A stretch of DNA of 64,000 nucleotides from Pseudomonadota bacterium (GCA_043820105.1 JBDREC010000012.1:1-64000), one strand, 5' to 3'. Numbered from the stretch's first letter, positions 47,452 through 58,047 are shown. Notes: generated by a model not told the origin, from the letters alone. Numbers and translations are program-made.

Positions 47452-49536
47452 ATGGATATCCAATTAAGACATATAAAAAATGTAGGTCCTAAAACACTTG
47501 AAAGTTTTTCATCCAAGGAGATTTATACTGTTGAAGACCTACTTTGCAATTTTCCAAGAAAATATCAGGACAGAAGATATATAACCAATATTTCATTTTT
47601 AAAAGATAATGAAGAATATGTTGTGAAAGGGAAAATTGCAAAACTTTATTTCTCCTATCTAAAAAGTAAAAAGAGAAGCTTTGATATATTAATAGAAGAT
47701 GGAACAGGCAGGCTGCACATTAGATTTTTCAACTATAATTATAAGCATGTTAGCTCCTTGTATCGCAAAGGACAAATTGTGATTTTGTTTGGCAAAGTTA
47801 ATTACTTTAAAAATGAAAAAACAATGATACACCCTGAAGTAGAAATTCTTGGCAAGCATCATAAAGACGAATTAAAAACATCAGGTCGAATTCTGCCTAT
47901 TTATTCTGAAATTGAGGGTATATATCAAAAAAATCTTAGAAAGATTGTATCTTATGCTATGGAAGCAATAGCAGAGCAATTAAGCTCAAAGCTTCCTGAG
48001 CCATTATCAAATGACTGTGAAAAGGTTACCTTAAAAGAAGCTTTAAAGCGCATTCACTATCCTAAAATTGATGACAATCTTGCTGATTTAAATCAAGGAT
48101 CGTCAAAGTATCATAAGCGATTTATTTATGATGAGATATTTTATTATCTGTTAGCACTTAAAATTCTTAAAGCAAAAATAAAAAATGAAATTGCTTTACA
48201 AATAAAATGGGACCCTGGTTTACAAAAGTCTATTCTGGGCAAACTTGATTTTACACTTACCAAAAGCCAGCTTGAAGCATTAAAAGATATATCTGTAGAC
48301 TTTGATAAAAAGCATCCCATGTCACGAATCTTAGTTGGAGATGTGGGTTGTGGAAAAACTTTAGTTGCAATGATTGCTGCCATACAAGCTGTTAAATCAA
48401 ATACCCAGGCTTGTATAGTTTGCCCAACTAAAATTCTAGCCAAGCAGCACTATAATTATTTTAAAAAAATTACCCAAAGCCTTTTTGTAAATATTAGACT
48501 TTTAACAAGTGATCTTTTAACAGATGAAAAAGAAATAACTTTAAATGAACTAAAAAATGGAGACTGCCACATTGTAATTGGAACTCACTCTTTAATTCAA
48601 GATCAGGTTGATTTTAAAAACTTAGGATTTGTAGTTATCGATGAACAACAACGCTTTGGCCTAAATCAAAGATCACATTTTTTTACCAAAGGATTTAAAC
48701 CGCATACTTTAACAATGACAGCAACACCAATTCCAAGATCCTGTGCTTTGCTACTATTTGGTGAACTTGATATAACAATTATGACTGATCACCCAAGGCT
48801 AGAGACCAAGATTGATACAAGTGTTATTGCTGAAAATCAATTTGCATCAATAAAAGAAAAGCTAATAAAAAGAATTGAAAATGGAAGCAAAATATTTATA
48901 GTTTGTCCGTATATAGAAAGCGAAGCTAAAATTAATGTTAATCAAACATATAAAAAAGTAACTGAAGAATACTTTCCTGGCATTCCTAGTTCAATGATAC
49001 ACGGCAAGATTGAAAGTTCAAAAAAGGATGAAAGGCTTGCTGCCTTTAATTCTGGAAAAATTAAAATATTAGTTTCTACAACAATAATTGAAGTAGGTAT
49101 TGATATTCAAGAAGCAGACACAATGCTTATTTTCGACGCCTGTGCTTTTGGATTATCTCAGCTGCATCAACTGCGAGGTCGAATTGGTCGTATGGGACAG
49201 GAATCTTTATGCTATTTAGTATATACAGAAAAAGATGAAGTTCATTCTGTTAACCGTTTAAATAGATTTTCCGAGCTCAATGATGGATTTGAAATAGCCA
49301 AACTTGATATGGACCTGCGCGGAAAAGGTGAATTTCTGGGAATCCGGCAAAGCGGGAGATCTGAATTAAAATTCATTGAACATATAAATGACACAATACT
49401 AGTAGAAAAGGTTATTGCTACAGTAGAAAATATTATTAGTAAGGACAAAGAATTACAAAATAAAAAAAATACTGAATACAAAGCTGAAGCCATAAATAGA
49501 TGGGGACTAAAGATGGAAATTGGAAAAATGGTATAA
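47452..49536 (+). CDS. recG: ATP-dependent DNA helicase RecG
   Basis: GDVGCGKT, DEQQRFG, MTATPIPR, QLHQLRGRIGR; likely ATG at 47452. Confidence 0.96.
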   Translation: MDIQLRHIKNVGPKTLESFSSKEIYTVEDLLCNFPRKYQDRRYITNISFLKDNEEYVVKGKIAKLYFSYLKSKKRSFDILIEDGTGRLHIRFFNYNYKHVSSLYRKGQIVILFGKVNYFKNEKTMIHPEVEILGKHHKDELKTSGRILPIYSEIEGIYQKNLRKIVSYAMEAIAEQLSSKLPEPLSNDCEKVTLKEALKRIHYPKIDDNLADLNQGSSKYHKRFIYDEIFYYLLALKILKAKIKNEIALQIKWDPGLQKSILGKLDFTLTKSQLEALKDISVDFDKKHPMSRILVGDVGCGKTLVAMIAAIQAVKSNTQACIVCPTKILAKQHYNYFKKITQSLFVNIRLLTSDLLTDEKEITLNELKNGDCHIVIGTHSLIQDQVDFKNLGFVVIDEQQRFGLNQRSHFFTKGFKPHTLTMTATPIPRSCALLLFGELDITIMTDHPRLETKIDTSVIAENQFASIKEKLIKRIENGSKIFIVCPYIESEAKINVNQTYKKVTEEYFPGIPSSMIHGKIESSKKDERLAAFNSGKIKILVSTTIIEVGIDIQEADTMLIFDACAFGLSQLHQLRGRIGRMGQESLCYLVYTEKDEVHSVNRLNRFSELNDGFEIAKLDMDLRGKGEFLGIRQSGRSELKFIEHINDTILVEKVIATVENIISKDKELQNKKNTEYKAEAINRWGLKMEIGKMV

Positions 49537-49631
49537 GATAAGTGGTAAGCTGTAAGTGGTAAGTGGTAAGTTGTTGCTTGCTTGTTGTGTGTTTTTGGTT
49601 GGTATAAAAATATTTGGATAGGATAAGTTAC

Positions 49632-50489
49632 ATGAAAAATAGATTGCTGAAACCTGAGTGGTTGAAAAAAAAGATAGAGTACTCAGAAGAGTATCATGAA
49701 CTTAAGAAGTTTCTTAGAAGATCTAGTTTAAATACTGTTTGTGAGGAAGCTCGCTGTCCTAACATTTGCGAATGTTTTAAAAATAAAACTGCTACTTTTA
49801 TGATATTGGGTTCTGTCTGCTCAAGAAACTGTTCCTTTTGTGCCATAGATTCAAAAGACAAGAGCCCTATTCCAATTGAAAAATTAAAAAATGAACCTCT
49901 TGAAATTGCTCAGGCTGTTAATAAACTAAAACTAAAACATGTTGTTATAACCTCAGTAACAAGAGATGATCTGCCAGACCAAGGTGTATCGCAGTTCAAA
50001 AAAACAATTAAAGCAATTAATAATGCAAATCCAAACATTAGTATTGAAATTCTAACACCTGATTTTAGTGCAAATAAAGATATTTTAGAAGAATTATCAA
50101 AGGAAAGTTTCCATATTTTTAATCATAATATTGAAACAGTTAAGAGACTTTATAAGGAAGTCAGACCTCAAGCTATTTATGAAAGATCCTTAAAAGTTCT
50201 TTCACTGATGGCTTCATTAAATAAAGAACTAATAATAAAATCAGGCTTTATGTTAGGCCTAGGTGAAAAAGAAGATGAAGTAATAAAACTTTTAGAAGAT
50301 CTTTATAATGCTTCATGCAGTTCTGTGACTATTGGTCAATATTTAAGACCAAGCCTTAAAAACTATGAAGTTTCAGAATATGTAAAAGAAGAGAAGTTTA
50401 TTGAATATGAGATGATAGCAAAAAGGATTGGTTTTAAATATGTTTTTTCCGCACCTTATGTCAGGAGTTCCTATATGGCAGGGCTGTAA
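49632..50489 (+). CDS. lipA: Lipoyl synthase
   Basis: CEEARCPNICEC, CSRNCSFC, VRSSY. Confidence 0.97.
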   Translation: MKNRLLKPEWLKKKIEYSEEYHELKKFLRRSSLNTVCEEARCPNICECFKNKTATFMILGSVCSRNCSFCAIDSKDKSPIPIEKLKNEPLEIAQAVNKLKLKHVVITSVTRDDLPDQGVSQFKKTIKAINNANPNISIEILTPDFSANKDILEELSKESFHIFNHNIETVKRLYKEVRPQAIYERSLKVLSLMASLNKELIIKSGFMLGLGEKEDEVIKLLEDLYNASCSSVTIGQYLRPSLKNYEVSEYVKEEKFIEYEMIAKRIGFKYVFSAPYVRSSYMAGL

Positions 50490-50517
50490 AAAAAGAAGAT
50501 TGATGTAGTAGTGGGTA

Positions 50518-51546
50518 TTAGAATATTTTTTTAAAAGCTTCAGCTGCTTGCAGACAAGCTTCTTGGCTTACCATCAGATTTGTTACAGCTCGGACTTGAT
50601 GATCTGAGATTGGGAGAGTCAATACTCCTGCTTCTTGCCATTTTTGGCAAACTTCTACAGCTGTTTTACCTGTCTTCTTAACATCAAAAATTACTATGTT
50701 GGTTTGTACATAATCTAGATCAATTGAAACCCCAGGAATTTCTGAAACACCTTTAGCTATAATTTGTGCATTTTCATGATCATTTCTAAGCCGGTCAATA
50801 TTGTTAACAAGTGCGAAAATCGCTGCATTTGCTAAGATTCCAGCCTGCCTTAAGCCTCCTCCAAGCATTTTTCTAACTCTTTTGGCTCTCTCTATAAAAT
50901 CCTTTGAACCAGCTATACATGAACCAATTGGAGCACCTAAGCCTTTTGAAAAGCATACTGAGACTGTATCAGCGCAACTTGCATATTCCTCAAGTGAAAT
51001 GCCTGTTGCAACGTGAGCATTCCAAAGTCTTGCACCATCAAGATGTAGATAAATATTATTTTCCTCACAAAGACTTTTAATGTTTTTTATTTCTTGTAAA
51101 GGAAAAATTATTCCACCTGCCCTATTATGTGTGTTTTCTAAACTTACTATTTTTGTTCCAGGAGTGTGCAAATCTTTTTTTCTTAAAACTTTTTTAATTT
51201 GATCTTTATACAAAATGCCGTGATCGCCATCGAGCATATTGGTCATTAATCCAGCAATAGAGGAAAGCCCAGCAACTTCGTAATTTACAATATGAGAAAA
51301 TCGTTCACAAATAACCTCATCACCATGCGAACTTAGAGTTTTAAGGCAAATTAAATTTCCCATAGTACCAGAAGGAACATATAGAGCAGCCTCTTTTCCG
51401 AGAATTTCAGCTGTCATTTTTTGTAGCTTAATAACAGTTGGATCATCTCCAAAAACATCATCGCCGACATTTGCATTTGCTAAAGCCTTTCTCATATTAT
51501 CACATGGTTTAGTAACTGTATCAGACCTCAAATCAATATATTGCAT
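50518..51546 (-). CDS. ltaE: Low-specificity L-threonine aldolase
   Basis: DLRSDTVT, PSGTMGN, HLDGARL, CFSKGLGAP. Confidence 0.96.
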   Translation of the reverse strand: MQYIDLRSDTVTKPCDNMRKALANANVGDDVFGDDPTVIKLQKMTAEILGKEAALYVPSGTMGNLICLKTLSSHGDEVICERFSHIVNYEVAGLSSIAGLMTNMLDGDHGILYKDQIKKVLRKKDLHTPGTKIVSLENTHNRAGGIIFPLQEIKNIKSLCEENNIYLHLDGARLWNAHVATGISLEEYASCADTVSVCFSKGLGAPIGSCIAGSKDFIERAKRVRKMLGGGLRQAGILANAAIFALVNNIDRLRNDHENAQIIAKGVSEIPGVSIDLDYVQTNIVIFDVKKTGKTAVEVCQKWQEAGVLTLPISDHQVRAVTNLMVSQEACLQAAEAFKKIF

Positions 51547-51630
51547 TTTATGATTCTCCTAATCAAAATCCAAAATTCAAAATAATTTACTGCTACTTAA
51601 CTTTTTGTCAATCTTTCTGATAAAATTCAT

Positions 51631-51659
51631 TTGACAATAGATAAAGATACTAATAAGCT
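51631..51659 (+). promoter_or_regulatory. sigma70-type promoter for the PilZ gene
   Basis: TTGACA-N17-TAAGCT. Confidence 0.55.
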
Positions 51660-51692
51660 TCCCTTTTTAAAATTTAAATATATATAAACATT

Positions 51693-52211
51693 ATGGATAC
51701 TTACGTAGATTTACATGTGAAATTCTCAGACTTTAAAGAGCTTGATATTAAAAAGCTTGAAAATACCATTACCCATAATCAGCTGATTAAGTGGACAGAA
51801 CTTCATGATTATCTGATGCTTGAGCTGTTTGACATTCATCTTGAAATGTTTCAAGAGCAAAGAGAAGCATTAAGAGTTCCCCTTAACATTGCTATAGAAT
51901 ATAAAAAAAATAAAATAAAATTTAATACTATCACACGTGACATCAGTATTCACGGCATTTGCCTGCCTTACAATGAAGAAGTTTATGTTGGAGATGAGGT
52001 AGATGTATACTTCTATATTGGATATAAATGGAAAGTTGTGAACTGGAAAAAGAAATTCAAGCTAAGAGGCATGGTCAGATGGGCCCGTCCAAACCAACAA
52101 GCTTTAGGTGTAGAATTTTTTGATATGAAAATTGAAGACAAAAGACATATTCAAAACCTTATCTTTTGGAATCTTGAAAAAATAATTCAAAAAAGAAAAA
52201 ATTTAACTTAA
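51693..52211 (+). CDS. PilZ-domain (c-di-GMP-binding) protein
   Basis: RxxxR (REALR) and DxSxxG (DISIHG); G.VRW...LGVEF. Confidence 0.85.
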   Translation: MDTYVDLHVKFSDFKELDIKKLENTITHNQLIKWTELHDYLMLELFDIHLEMFQEQREALRVPLNIAIEYKKNKIKFNTITRDISIHGICLPYNEEVYVGDEVDVYFYIGYKWKVVNWKKKFKLRGMVRWARPNQQALGVEFFDMKIEDKRHIQNLIFWNLEKIIQKRKNLT

Positions 52212-52362
52212 TTTTTTTTCTTCATCACAATTTAAACACATGTTTTCTACACCGAGTCCATAAAAAATATATTCTAAAATAGTTTTTATTCCACATTGCT
52301 AATATAAATATAAAACCCAATTGCTTACGATTTGGACATGAGTTAGACGTTAAAAGCCATTA

Positions 52363-53658
52363 TCACCTTATACTATATTCATTCATTTTTGTATAAAGCG
52401 TTGACAAACCAAGACCGAGGACTCCTGCTGTTTTCTTTTTATTTCCATTTAAACTCTTAAGAGCCTTTAAAATTGCTTCTTTTTCTAATGCTTTAATAGT
52501 TATAATTTCTTTGCTGGAATCAATTAACTGTTCCTCTTTTATTAGAAAATTAAAGTCTTTTGGCAACAATACTTTTGAGGAAAAGCTATTTAAAACAGCC
52601 CTTCTTAAACAATTTTTTAGTTCTCGAACATTTCCTGGAAAGGTGTATTCTTTTAAAAATTCAAGTGTATCTTGATGGACTTTAATGTTCTTTTTGCTTT
52701 CTAAAATTGGGTCTGTGTTTAAAAAATGATTTATTAGGATTTCTATATCCTTAACTCTATTTCTTAATGGAGGTACAGTAATTGGAAATTGATTTAAGCG
52801 ATAATAAAGATCTTTTCTAAATTCCCCTTTTTCAACTTGTGACAAAAGATCAATATTAGTAGCTGCAACAACCCTTACATCTACATATTGCAACTTATTT
52901 GAACCAATCTTTCTTATTTCATTGTTTTCCAGTACTCTCAGAAGTTTAATCTGCAGGCTCAAGGGAATCTCTCCAATTTCATCAAGGAAAATTGTGCCAT
53001 CATCAACTTCTTCAAAAAGCCCCTTTTTCTGATTAATTGCTGAAGTAAAAGATCCCCTTTCATGCCCAAAAAGTTCACTTTCCACTAGCTCACTAGCAAT
53101 ACAAGCGCAATTAATGCTAATAAATTTCTTTCTATAACGCTTACTATTCTGATAAATATAACTAGCTACCAATTCTTTTCCAACTCCGGTTTCACCTTGA
53201 ATCAAGACGGAAATATCACTTTTTGCAATTATTTCAAGTGATGAAAGCAGTTTTTTCATGCATTTACTTTGATAAATTATCTTTTTATTCCTAAAATTAT
53301 TTCGTTTTTTCTTAAGTTCATTCCCTAAATCAAAAACTCGAGTTTCTTCTACACTTTGAGTTGTTTCAAATTGTAATAAGGAAAATAATATTTTCCAATC
53401 ACCTACTGCAATAACATTCCCAGGCTCAATCTTCTGTCTATCATCACAATTATCATTGAGTCTTGTATAGTTTCTGTTACTTAAATTTTGTAAATAATAA
53501 GCATCATATTCTTTATGAATTTCAAATTGGTATCTTGATATTTCTCTATCACAAAGCACGAGGTCATTATCTATTGCCCTGCCTACTTTGAATTGCTTTT
53601 TTACAAGTGGAATCTTCATTAAGGATTTTTTGTCTTTTGAACAGATTAATTGATACAT
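52363..53658 (-). CDS. FHA-domain sigma54-dependent activator (Fis-type HTH)
   Basis: FHA: VGRAIDNDLVLCDREISR; GETGVGKE; ESELFGHERGSFTSA; FLDEIGE; PGNVREL. Confidence 0.93.
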   Translation of the reverse strand: MYQLICSKDKKSLMKIPLVKKQFKVGRAIDNDLVLCDREISRYQFEIHKEYDAYYLQNLSNRNYTRLNDNCDDRQKIEPGNVIAVGDWKILFSLLQFETTQSVEETRVFDLGNELKKKRNNFRNKKIIYQSKCMKKLLSSLEIIAKSDISVLIQGETGVGKELVASYIYQNSKRYRKKFISINCACIASELVESELFGHERGSFTSAINQKKGLFEEVDDGTIFLDEIGEIPLSLQIKLLRVLENNEIRKIGSNKLQYVDVRVVAATNIDLLSQVEKGEFRKDLYYRLNQFPITVPPLRNRVKDIEILINHFLNTDPILESKKNIKVHQDTLEFLKEYTFPGNVRELKNCLRRAVLNSFSSKVLLPKDFNFLIKEEQLIDSSKEIITIKALEKEAILKALKSLNGNKKKTAGVLGLGLSTLYTKMNEYSIR

Positions 53659-53698
53659 AATCTAAACTTCCTTTTTATAATTTATTATTTGTCTTTAT

Positions 53699-53714
53699 TA
53701 CAATATTTATGCCA
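53699..53714 (-). promoter_or_regulatory. sigma54 promoter for the FHA activator
   Basis: Minus strand TGGCAT-AAATA-TTGTA. Confidence 0.55.
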
Positions 53715-53756
53715 AGCCCAAGTACTTGTTTTATATAAAGGCTAATAGCAGAAAAA

Positions 53757-53792
53757 GTATCAAAATTAAGAATAATATCTTAACTTTGATAC
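53757..53792. promoter_or_regulatory. 14-bp inverted repeat, candidate activator binding site
   Basis: GTATCAAAATTAAG-aataatat-CTTAACTTTGATAC (1 mismatch). Confidence 0.5.
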
Positions 53793-53871
53793 AATTCATT
53801 GTTTGATATTTAAATTTTTTTCACATATAATTTATTAAGAAACTAAGATTTAAAATACGAAGGAAAATTAA

Positions 53872-54540
53872 ATGCCTTTGGATAAACTCATTATTTGTGG
53901 ATTTTGTAATGAAATAATTAAAAGCTCTGACTCTGAAATTGAAGAGTGTCCGCTTTGCTTAAGCCATATTTCAAAGAATTCAAAGAATTCATTTCTCAGT
54001 ACATTTATAATATTTTTTAAAACTCTTAAAGAAATACTTTTTGAATATAAAACATTTTTCTATTATTACAAAACTATTGATATTACAAAGCCGCTGAGCT
54101 TTTTTATTTCTCTTTTCTCGCTTTCTTTGATAATAAATTTATTATACTTTTTAAAATATTCTAGTAGTGCATTTGAACTTTATTATTTTAAACTTATAAA
54201 AGTATTAGGCCTTTGTTTATTAAGCCCATTATTGGCTTTCATAAGCTTTATAATTATCTATGCAATTTACTCATTAATCTTAAGAATGTACAAAATAAAA
54301 GCATCTAGAAATGAACTTCAAGATGTTTTAGCATATTGTTTAGGTTCTGCTTTTTTTTGGTTTATTTTTCCAGGGATTGGTGGATTAGTTTTTCTAATTT
54401 GGAGTCTATTAAGTTTGACAATAGCTTTTAAAATACTTTTTGACTTGCCTAGAAAAAAAGCATTTCTAATTAGTATAAGCCCAATGATATTTTTTCTATT
54501 TTTCTTATCACTTGGCTCACTTTTTTTATTCGAGATTTAA
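53872..54540 (+). CDS. YIP1-like membrane protein with an N-terminal CxxC...CxxC zinc ribbon
   Basis: CGFC...CPLC; about 5 TM segments; FIFPGIGG..W. Confidence 0.7.
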   Translation: MPLDKLIICGFCNEIIKSSDSEIEECPLCLSHISKNSKNSFLSTFIIFFKTLKEILFEYKTFFYYYKTIDITKPLSFFISLFSLSLIINLLYFLKYSSSAFELYYFKLIKVLGLCLLSPLLAFISFIIIYAIYSLILRMYKIKASRNELQDVLAYCLGSAFFWFIFPGIGGLVFLIWSLLSLTIAFKILFDLPRKKAFLISISPMIFFLFFLSLGSLFLFEI

Positions 54541-54543
54541 TAT

Positions 54544-55113
54544 TTATTCGCCAAAAACAATAGCTGAAAAAATAAATATATCTATACTATTATCTTTCCA
54601 GGCATCCATTGGAAGACCTGCTTTTTCACAAGTATGAGATAAAAATTCTTCCCTATCCCAATTCCATTCAGTTGCAACCTGAGGAAGTAAAAGACCAGAA
54701 TTATAAGCACTTCTGATTATGATCCCATGCTTCCCAACTTCAATTAAATTATAATCAGTAATTTTTTTCAAGGCAGACATAACTGAAATTTCAATATGAA
54801 CATCTTTTTCTTCATCAAAAGTCATAGGCCTAAAGCGTGGATCTTTAGTAGAGGCATTTATTGTATTGTCAATAACGGCCTTATAAAGCGGCATAATGCC
54901 TTCAACATAACCAATGCAACCTCTCAAGTTATCCCCAATCTTTAAAGTAACAAAAGCACCAAGCTTTTCATCCAAGCCATCAGTAATTGTAATATCTTTT
55001 ATAACTTTATCTTCAGTAAATGAAGTTGGACTAGTAAGATATTCCTGCAAAGTATTTCTAGCCAGTTTCAAAAGAATATTTTTATCATCTTTATTTAAAT
55101 TCAGCTCACTCAT
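54544..55113 (-). CDS. amrA: AmmeMemoRadiSam system protein A (AMMECR1)
   Basis: GAFVTL, LRGCIG, DPRF, GLLLPQVATEW. Confidence 0.93.
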   Translation of the reverse strand: MSELNLNKDDKNILLKLARNTLQEYLTSPTSFTEDKVIKDITITDGLDEKLGAFVTLKIGDNLRGCIGYVEGIMPLYKAVIDNTINASTKDPRFRPMTFDEEKDVHIEISVMSALKKITDYNLIEVGKHGIIIRSAYNSGLLLPQVATEWNWDREEFLSHTCEKAGLPMDAWKDNSIDIFIFSAIVFGE

Positions 55114-55176
55114 TTATCTTCTCCTTATATAAGTTCTTCCTTATCCCCCTGTTCCCCTGCGCTCTTGTTCCCTTGT

Positions 55177-56049
55177 TCACTTGTAATAAACTAAAGCTCC
55201 ATAGCTAACAGAAAGACTGTAGTCAGCATCTGTATCACCAGAAAGCCTGTAATCAAGCAGTTTAACTGTAGTTTCATCATTTTCAAATATTTTTGTTAAT
55301 AAAGCAAATGGGTTTCTTCCACAGATGGTTGCCTTAGTGTCTGAAAGATAAGTTCTAAATCCTTCGAAATCTTTTTTTATAAGTAAATCAATAGCACCAA
55401 GATCAAGGTTGCTAATATTTTCCCGAATATTATCAATAAAAGGGGTAAAAGAAAAATTTTCACCATAATGTGTAAAATCCCCACTTGCAATAATGATAGT
55501 TTTATCATTCATTATGTTTTTTATAAGCTTGGCAATTTCTTCAAAGTCACATGAGCTCAGCTCAGATAGAACAATTGGAACGATTTTAAAATCCTTTTTT
55601 ATTAACATTTGGATAAAAGGCAATTGTATTTCAAGAGAATGTTCATAAATATGTGCTTCTTTCACATTATTAAAATATTCTGTTTTTAAAAGTTTGCTGC
55701 AAAGTTCAAGATCTATGGAAACTTCTCCCAAAGGAGTTTCATAATGAGTATAATCCGGAATTGATGCTCCTTTAAAGTAAGCTGTATGAGATGGTGCTAG
55801 AATTATAAAAGTATTTAAATCTGAATCAATAAGATGTTTATAAGCTATGGCCGCGGTTTGACCAGAATGTGTGTAGCCTGCATGAGGAGAGATAATAGCT
55901 TTTAATCTACCAGGTAGCTTTTCTATTTTAGCATTTTCAATATAAGAGGACAACTCAGTTTCAAGTAAAGCTTTATTAGCAGAGAACCATTTACCAGCTG
56001 TTGCGTTTGGCTTAATTCTTTTAATTTTATTATTTACAGGGGTATCCAT
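55177..56049 (-). CDS. amrB: AmmeMemoRadiSam system protein B (MEMO1)
   Basis: PHAGYTHSG, EHSLEIQLPF, ASGDFTHYG, TICG. Confidence 0.93.
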   Translation of the reverse strand: MDTPVNNKIKRIKPNATAGKWFSANKALLETELSSYIENAKIEKLPGRLKAIISPHAGYTHSGQTAAIAYKHLIDSDLNTFIILAPSHTAYFKGASIPDYTHYETPLGEVSIDLELCSKLLKTEYFNNVKEAHIYEHSLEIQLPFIQMLIKKDFKIVPIVLSELSSCDFEEIAKLIKNIMNDKTIIIASGDFTHYGENFSFTPFIDNIRENISNLDLGAIDLLIKKDFEGFRTYLSDTKATICGRNPFALLTKIFENDETTVKLLDYRLSGDTDADYSLSVSYGALVYYK

Positions 56050-56121
56050 ATTAATCTCCTGTAGGATAAAGCTAAGAATTTATATGAATAATAATATAAT
56101 TTAGTGATAAAAAGCAAATGA

Positions 56122-58047
56122 TTAAAATGTGTAGCCAACACCAAACATAAATGAATTATAAGATTCGCTTTGTGAGGCATTGTCAGTTGCAGTTAAGAAC
56201 CTCATGCCTGCGCCTTCAAAAGTCGATGCAAAGCTATGTCGTTCAAAATAGAAATCAAAGTTTAAACCTGCTATCGCGTTCCAATAAAGACCACCTTTAA
56301 AGGAATAGTGACTGGCTGAAAAAGGCGTTCCTGTTGATCCACTAGGGTCTTCTGAATGCATTGTTAGAGGCATATAAAGAAATTCACCATTTAATCCAAC
56401 TTGAGGAATATAAAATGGAATAACGAGCTCTGCTCCAACTGTTGGTCCATGATAAGTATTTGTAGCCAAATAAAGCAGTGATTGATCATCTTCATCAATA
56501 ATTTTATCAATAATATTTCTAAAGTTTCTATAGCCAACTTTTGCTATTATTTGTGGTCTCCAAACTCCAGCTGGAATTATATATCTTCCTTTTAGATGTG
56601 TTTGAATTCTATGCATATTTATTGGTAAACCTTTAACACTTCCATAATCACCCAAAGTAACGTCTTGAGTCATCATTCCACCCAAATAATCAACATCAAT
56701 ACCAGCGTATTTAAAAAACCAGCCAAACATATAAACATTGTAAGATAAAATAGGAGAAATATCTATGGAACTAATAGTGTCTAAGGTATAGTTACCCATT
56801 GAAAATCCCATATAAAGTTTTATTCCAAGCTCAAATATTTTATCATCAGATGAAGAACCAAAGGAAAAAGGTGCTTTATTTTTATCAATATCTTCATCCA
56901 TAAAATCAGTACCTTCATCACCAATTTCAACCTCACCATCTGCTTCTTCATTAGAATCACCAAATTCATCACTAAACTTTTCTTCTTCTTTTCCAAAATC
57001 TTCTGCTTCTTTTCCAAAACCATCATCTTCTAATTTTTGATTTTTCATGGATTCATCAAAAAACTCATCTTCCCAAGAATCAAATTCAGCCTCTTTAGCT
57101 ACTTCTTGTAATTTAGCTTGTACAGGGGCAGGAATTGCAGCTCCTGGGGCAGCTGCTGCGCTTGGTGCGGCGACTTGACTTTGTCTTCTTTCAGTTTCTT
57201 TAAAGGCTAAATATTCTTGAGATTCAGGATTAATAAATTCTACTAAGTCATCCTTTTTTATTTCGCTTTTATCAACTGAAACCAACAGCTTTGCAGTCAT
57301 AATTCCATCTATGTCTGACTCAACACGAATAACAGCTTTTTCATTCACTGAAAATCCTTTTATTCTAGGCAGGATTGGATGTTTTTTAATTGCAGATACT
57401 GAAATAATTCTATAGTCATCACCTACTGTAAGCATTGCTTTCTTGCTATGCTTAATTTTAATAGTACCACCAACATTAGAGCTAACTAGTCCATGATAAG
57501 GAAGTTTGTCAAAAGCATTTGTAACACTAGAGGCAAGTTCTGCTCTAATAGGTTCTATACCATTACTAATATTAATATTTTCATTTGCAAGTTCAACAGT
57601 TTCATTAGTGGTAGTTAAAACTATTTTAATATTTAATTTTAGGTTATCTCCAAATCGCATTATATTACCAAGAACAATTGCATGTGCTGGAATGGCATTT
57701 GCTAAGCCCACTAACTTCTGCTTAGGCACAGGATTATTCATTTGTAATTCTGCTTTTGCATATGCTTTTTTGAGCTCTTCATCAGAAGCTATAATAAAAC
57801 GACCATCTTGAGTGATTTGATTTCTTATTTCATTTTCAGATGCTTGCCCATGCCCAGAGGCAACTTTGTCCATAAAGGGTAAAATCGCTAGTTTACTTAT
57901 CCTAATATCATTATCAAAGGTACCCATTTGAGCATTTGTTATTATAGGAAAAGCAATTAAGAAAGCTAGAATAATGCCGAAAGCTTGCACAGGTTTATGT
58001 CCGATTAAGCAAGATTCAGCACAATTATAAAGTTTGGATATTTTCAC
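56122..58047 (-). CDS. Exported multidomain protein: CsgG/TolB-N-like domain, acidic linker, C-terminal outer-membrane beta-barrel
   Basis: Signal peptide; LAILPF start; Ala/Pro and Asp/Glu-rich linker; alternating aromatic strands ending FMFGVGYTF. Confidence 0.75.
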   Translation of the reverse strand: MKISKLYNCAESCLIGHKPVQAFGIILAFLIAFPIITNAQMGTFDNDIRISKLAILPFMDKVASGHGQASENEIRNQITQDGRFIIASDEELKKAYAKAELQMNNPVPKQKLVGLANAIPAHAIVLGNIMRFGDNLKLNIKIVLTTTNETVELANENINISNGIEPIRAELASSVTNAFDKLPYHGLVSSNVGGTIKIKHSKKAMLTVGDDYRIISVSAIKKHPILPRIKGFSVNEKAVIRVESDIDGIMTAKLLVSVDKSEIKKDDLVEFINPESQEYLAFKETERRQSQVAAPSAAAAPGAAIPAPVQAKLQEVAKEAEFDSWEDEFFDESMKNQKLEDDGFGKEAEDFGKEEEKFSDEFGDSNEEADGEVEIGDEGTDFMDEDIDKNKAPFSFGSSSDDKIFELGIKLYMGFSMGNYTLDTISSIDISPILSYNVYMFGWFFKYAGIDVDYLGGMMTQDVTLGDYGSVKGLPINMHRIQTHLKGRYIIPAGVWRPQIIAKVGYRNFRNIIDKIIDEDDQSLLYLATNTYHGPTVGAELVIPFYIPQVGLNGEFLYMPLTMHSEDPSGSTGTPFSASHYSFKGGLYWNAIAGLNFDFYFERHSFASTFEGAGMRFLTATDNASQSESYNSFMFGVGYTF

